From a virus (taxonomy: Duplodnaviria; Heunggongvirae; Uroviricota; Caudoviricetes), in the IMG/VR virus record IMGVR_UViG_638341082_000011, positions 1 to 7,786 of that record: a DNA stretch of 7,786 nt; one strand, given 5' to 3'. A model generated the notes under the pieces. The model worked only from the letters and a program-made list of their open reading frames with translations. It ran no database searches and was not told the origin of the DNA. Position numbers and translations under genes: made by a program. This document shows, one piece after another, positions 6,584 through 7,786 of this stretch (its first letter is position 1; the number at the start of each line of letters is the position of its first letter).

Positions 6584-6607
6584 GTGCTTTTAATGAGAAA
6601 ACTCAAT
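6556..6607. promoter_or_regulatory. Left operator region: two inverted copies of the ATGAGAAAACT(C/A)AAT motif
   Basis: AATGAGAAAACTCAAT at 6592-6607 on the plus strand and ATGAGAAAACTAAAT on the minus strand over 6556-6570, separated by 21 bp. Same motif as the palindrome at 7125-7140. Confidence 0.6.
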
Positions 6608-6612
6608 ATTTA

Positions 6613-6651
6613 ATGCAAAATAAAGCCAATACATTGAAATGTAAGGCTTTA
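6613..6651 (-). terminator. Candidate intrinsic terminator downstream of the repressor gene
   Basis: On the minus strand: AAAGCCTTACATT-TC-AATGTATTGGCTTT imperfect hairpin followed by ATTTTG. Lies between the repressor stop (6668) and the left operators. U-tract is short and the stem is AT-rich, so strength is uncertain. Confidence 0.4.
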
Positions 6652-6667
6652 AAATTTGTGAAGGGGA

Positions 6668-7075
6668 TTACTGATGTTTGTTACGTTTGCGAGCTTCTAG
6701 TAGCTCGGTGAATAGGCGATTAAAATTCTCAACGCGGGCACGGAGTTCGCTGATTTGTGCTTGCTGCTCTGATTTTGGAAGTGCGCGATACAATCGCAAC
6801 ATCTCCAACTCATCTTCCGATAAGTCTAAGGCGCTGTTGAGTGCAACTGGTGGATCTGGTGTTTTATCCTCGTCACCAAACAGTATCCAAGTTGGTGAAC
6901 ATTGCAATACCTCAGCCAGGCGATGCAAATTTTGCCCACGCGGGGCTGTATGGTCGCTTTCCCATAGTGAAATTGATGAGCCAGATACGCCAGCGGCTTT
7001 GCTTAAATCGTTTTGACTTAAACCAACCTGTTTGCGTCTTTCTCTAATTCGTTGACCTAAAGTTTTCTCGTTCAT
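6668..7075 (-). CDS. dicA: DicA-like HTH (XRE-family) prophage repressor, 135 aa
   Basis: ATG at 7075, TAA at 6668-6670. N-terminal HTH (LGQRIRERRKQVGLSQNDLSKAAGVSGSSISLWE). Segment LQCSPTWILFGDEDK and overall length match my recollection of K-12 DicA. Divergent from a Cro-like gene with operators on both sides. Confidence 0.9.
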   Translation of the reverse strand: MNEKTLGQRIRERRKQVGLSQNDLSKAAGVSGSSISLWESDHTAPRGQNLHRLAEVLQCSPTWILFGDEDKTPDPPVALNSALDLSEDELEMLRLYRALPKSEQQAQISELRARVENFNRLFTELLEARKRNKHQ

Positions 7076-7096
7076 ATTTAGATATCTTAATAACCC

Positions 7097-7126
7097 TTGA
7101 CTTGAGATTCCTTGAGTGATTACTAT
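7097..7126 (+). promoter_or_regulatory. Candidate rightward promoter (pR-like) for the dicC-like gene
   Basis: -35 TTGACT (7097-7102), 18-bp spacer, -10 TACTAT (7121-7126). The -10 overlaps the operator palindrome. The spacer contains two CTTGAG half-site repeats at 7101-7106 and 7111-7116. Confidence 0.5.
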
Positions 7127-7140
7127 TGAGAAAACTCAAT
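7125..7140. promoter_or_regulatory. Right operator: palindrome ATTGAG-AAAA-CTCAAT
   Basis: Perfect 6-bp inverted arms with a 4-bp spacer, overlapping the -10 and start region of the rightward promoter. An inverted partial copy GAGAAAACT is on the minus strand at 7061-7069, spanning repressor codons 3-5. Confidence 0.65.
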
Positions 7141-7152
7141 TTTGGAGGGGTG

Positions 7153-7380
7153 ATGTTTAAATCAGACGTAATTAATTTTTATGGGACGAAAGCCAAAGTA
7201 GCGAAAGCTGCTGGTGTTGATCCATCTGCTGTTTCTCAATGGGGGGAACTGGTTCCTGAAGGTCGCGCGATGCGCCTGCAAGAGGCATCTGGCGGGGAGC
7301 TTCAGTATGATCCCAAAGTTTATGACGAATATCGTAAGACGAAGCGGGCGGGGCGGTTGAACAATGAAAATCACCCCTGA
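7153..7380 (+). CDS. dicC: DicC/YdaS-like Cro-type HTH regulator (75 aa)
   Basis: ATG at 7153 preceded by GGAGGGG (7144-7150); the TTG at 7126 lies inside the operator and is unlikely. HTH segment GTKAKVAKAAGVDPSAVSQW. Divergent from the repressor. Confidence 0.85.
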   Translation: MFKSDVINFYGTKAKVAKAAGVDPSAVSQWGELVPEGRAMRLQEASGGELQYDPKVYDEYRKTKRAGRLNNENHP

Positions 7381-7786
7381 ACAGGTTTGTGAGGCTCTGG
7401 ATGCCTGGGTGTGCCGACCAGGAATGACACAGGAGCAGGCGACGATATTAATCACGGAAGCATTCTGGGCTCTGAAAGAACGCCCGAACATCGATGTTCA
7501 ACGCGTCACGTTTAATGATGGCGAGGTTGATCAACGGGCGCTGGGCGTTAACCGGGTGAAGATATTCGAACGCTGGAAAGCTATCGACACCAGGGATAAG
7601 CGGAAAAAATTCACGGCGCTGATTCCGGCAATTATGGAGGCTATCCGGATTAATGATTTCAGGTTGTATCGTGAAATTAGTGACGGAAAAAGCATCACGT
7701 ACATGATCGCCGGGTTAAACAAAGAATATGGCGATGTGGTGGAGTCCGGGCTGCTTTTTGCAGATCCAGCTGTAGTGGATCGGAAA
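7364..7786 (+). CDS. YdaT-like protein (cII-position gene), 3'-truncated by the window edge
   Basis: ATG at 7364 overlaps the dicC-like 3' end by 17 nt in another frame; the frame is open to the window end (141 codons). Not in the ORF track because no stop is reached. Translation MKITPEQVCEALDAWVCRPG...RVKIFERWKAIDT...ALIPAIMEA resembles YdaT-family proteins from memory. Synteny repressor, cro-like, ydaT-like matches Rac racR-ydaS-ydaT. Confidence 0.6.
   Translation, partial: MKITPEQVCEALDAWVCRPGMTQEQATILITEAFWALKERPNIDVQRVTFNDGEVDQRALGVNRVKIFERWKAIDTRDKRKKFTALIPAIMEAIRINDFRLYREISDGKSITYMIAGLNKEYGDVVESGLLFADPAVVDRK

Noticed and set aside
6678-7047. Plus-strand ORFs (112 and 68 aa) inside the repressor gene
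   Set aside because: Antisense to the DicA-like frame; serine/arginine-rich chance translations.
7162-7722. Minus-strand ORFs (109 and 63 aa) opposite the dicC-like and ydaT-like genes
   Set aside because: Antisense to two syntenic, RBS-supported genes, with no independent support.
1-7786. CRISPR arrays, tRNA/rRNA genes, IS elements
   Set aside because: No regularly spaced direct repeats, no cloverleaf-like tRNA candidates and no transposase-like ORFs or terminal inverted repeats were seen.

Overview
The window reads as the integrase-proximal arm of a lambdoid prophage of the Qin/dicB type, and all phage genes except three run leftward on the minus strand. A plus-strand DUF2335-like membrane protein gene with its own terminator (1-499) is probably host flank. 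The prophage then carries lambda-family int (545-1663) overlapping xis (1632-1901), an 823-aa multidomain protein with a C-terminal DEDDh 3'-5' exonuclease domain (1963-4434), ydfD-like and dicB-like genes joined by an ATGA overlap (4515-4903), and a DicF-like sRNA (about 5073-5130). The DicA-like repressor (6668-7075) is flanked by two operator regions sharing a GAGAAAACT motif and is followed by divergent DicC-like (7153-7380) and YdaT-like (7364 to window end) genes. The most interesting feature is the segment between the ydfA-like gene (6326-6478) and DicF: a 216-aa protein of unrecognised function (5676-6326), an abutting convergent AT-rich 69-aa ORF (5466-5675) and about 320 bp with no credible coding frame. 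This looks like a variable cargo insertion and is the best candidate for an undescribed accessory or defence module. Family assignments come from reading the translations and from recalled sequences, not from a database search. No tRNA, rRNA, CRISPR array or IS element was recognised.
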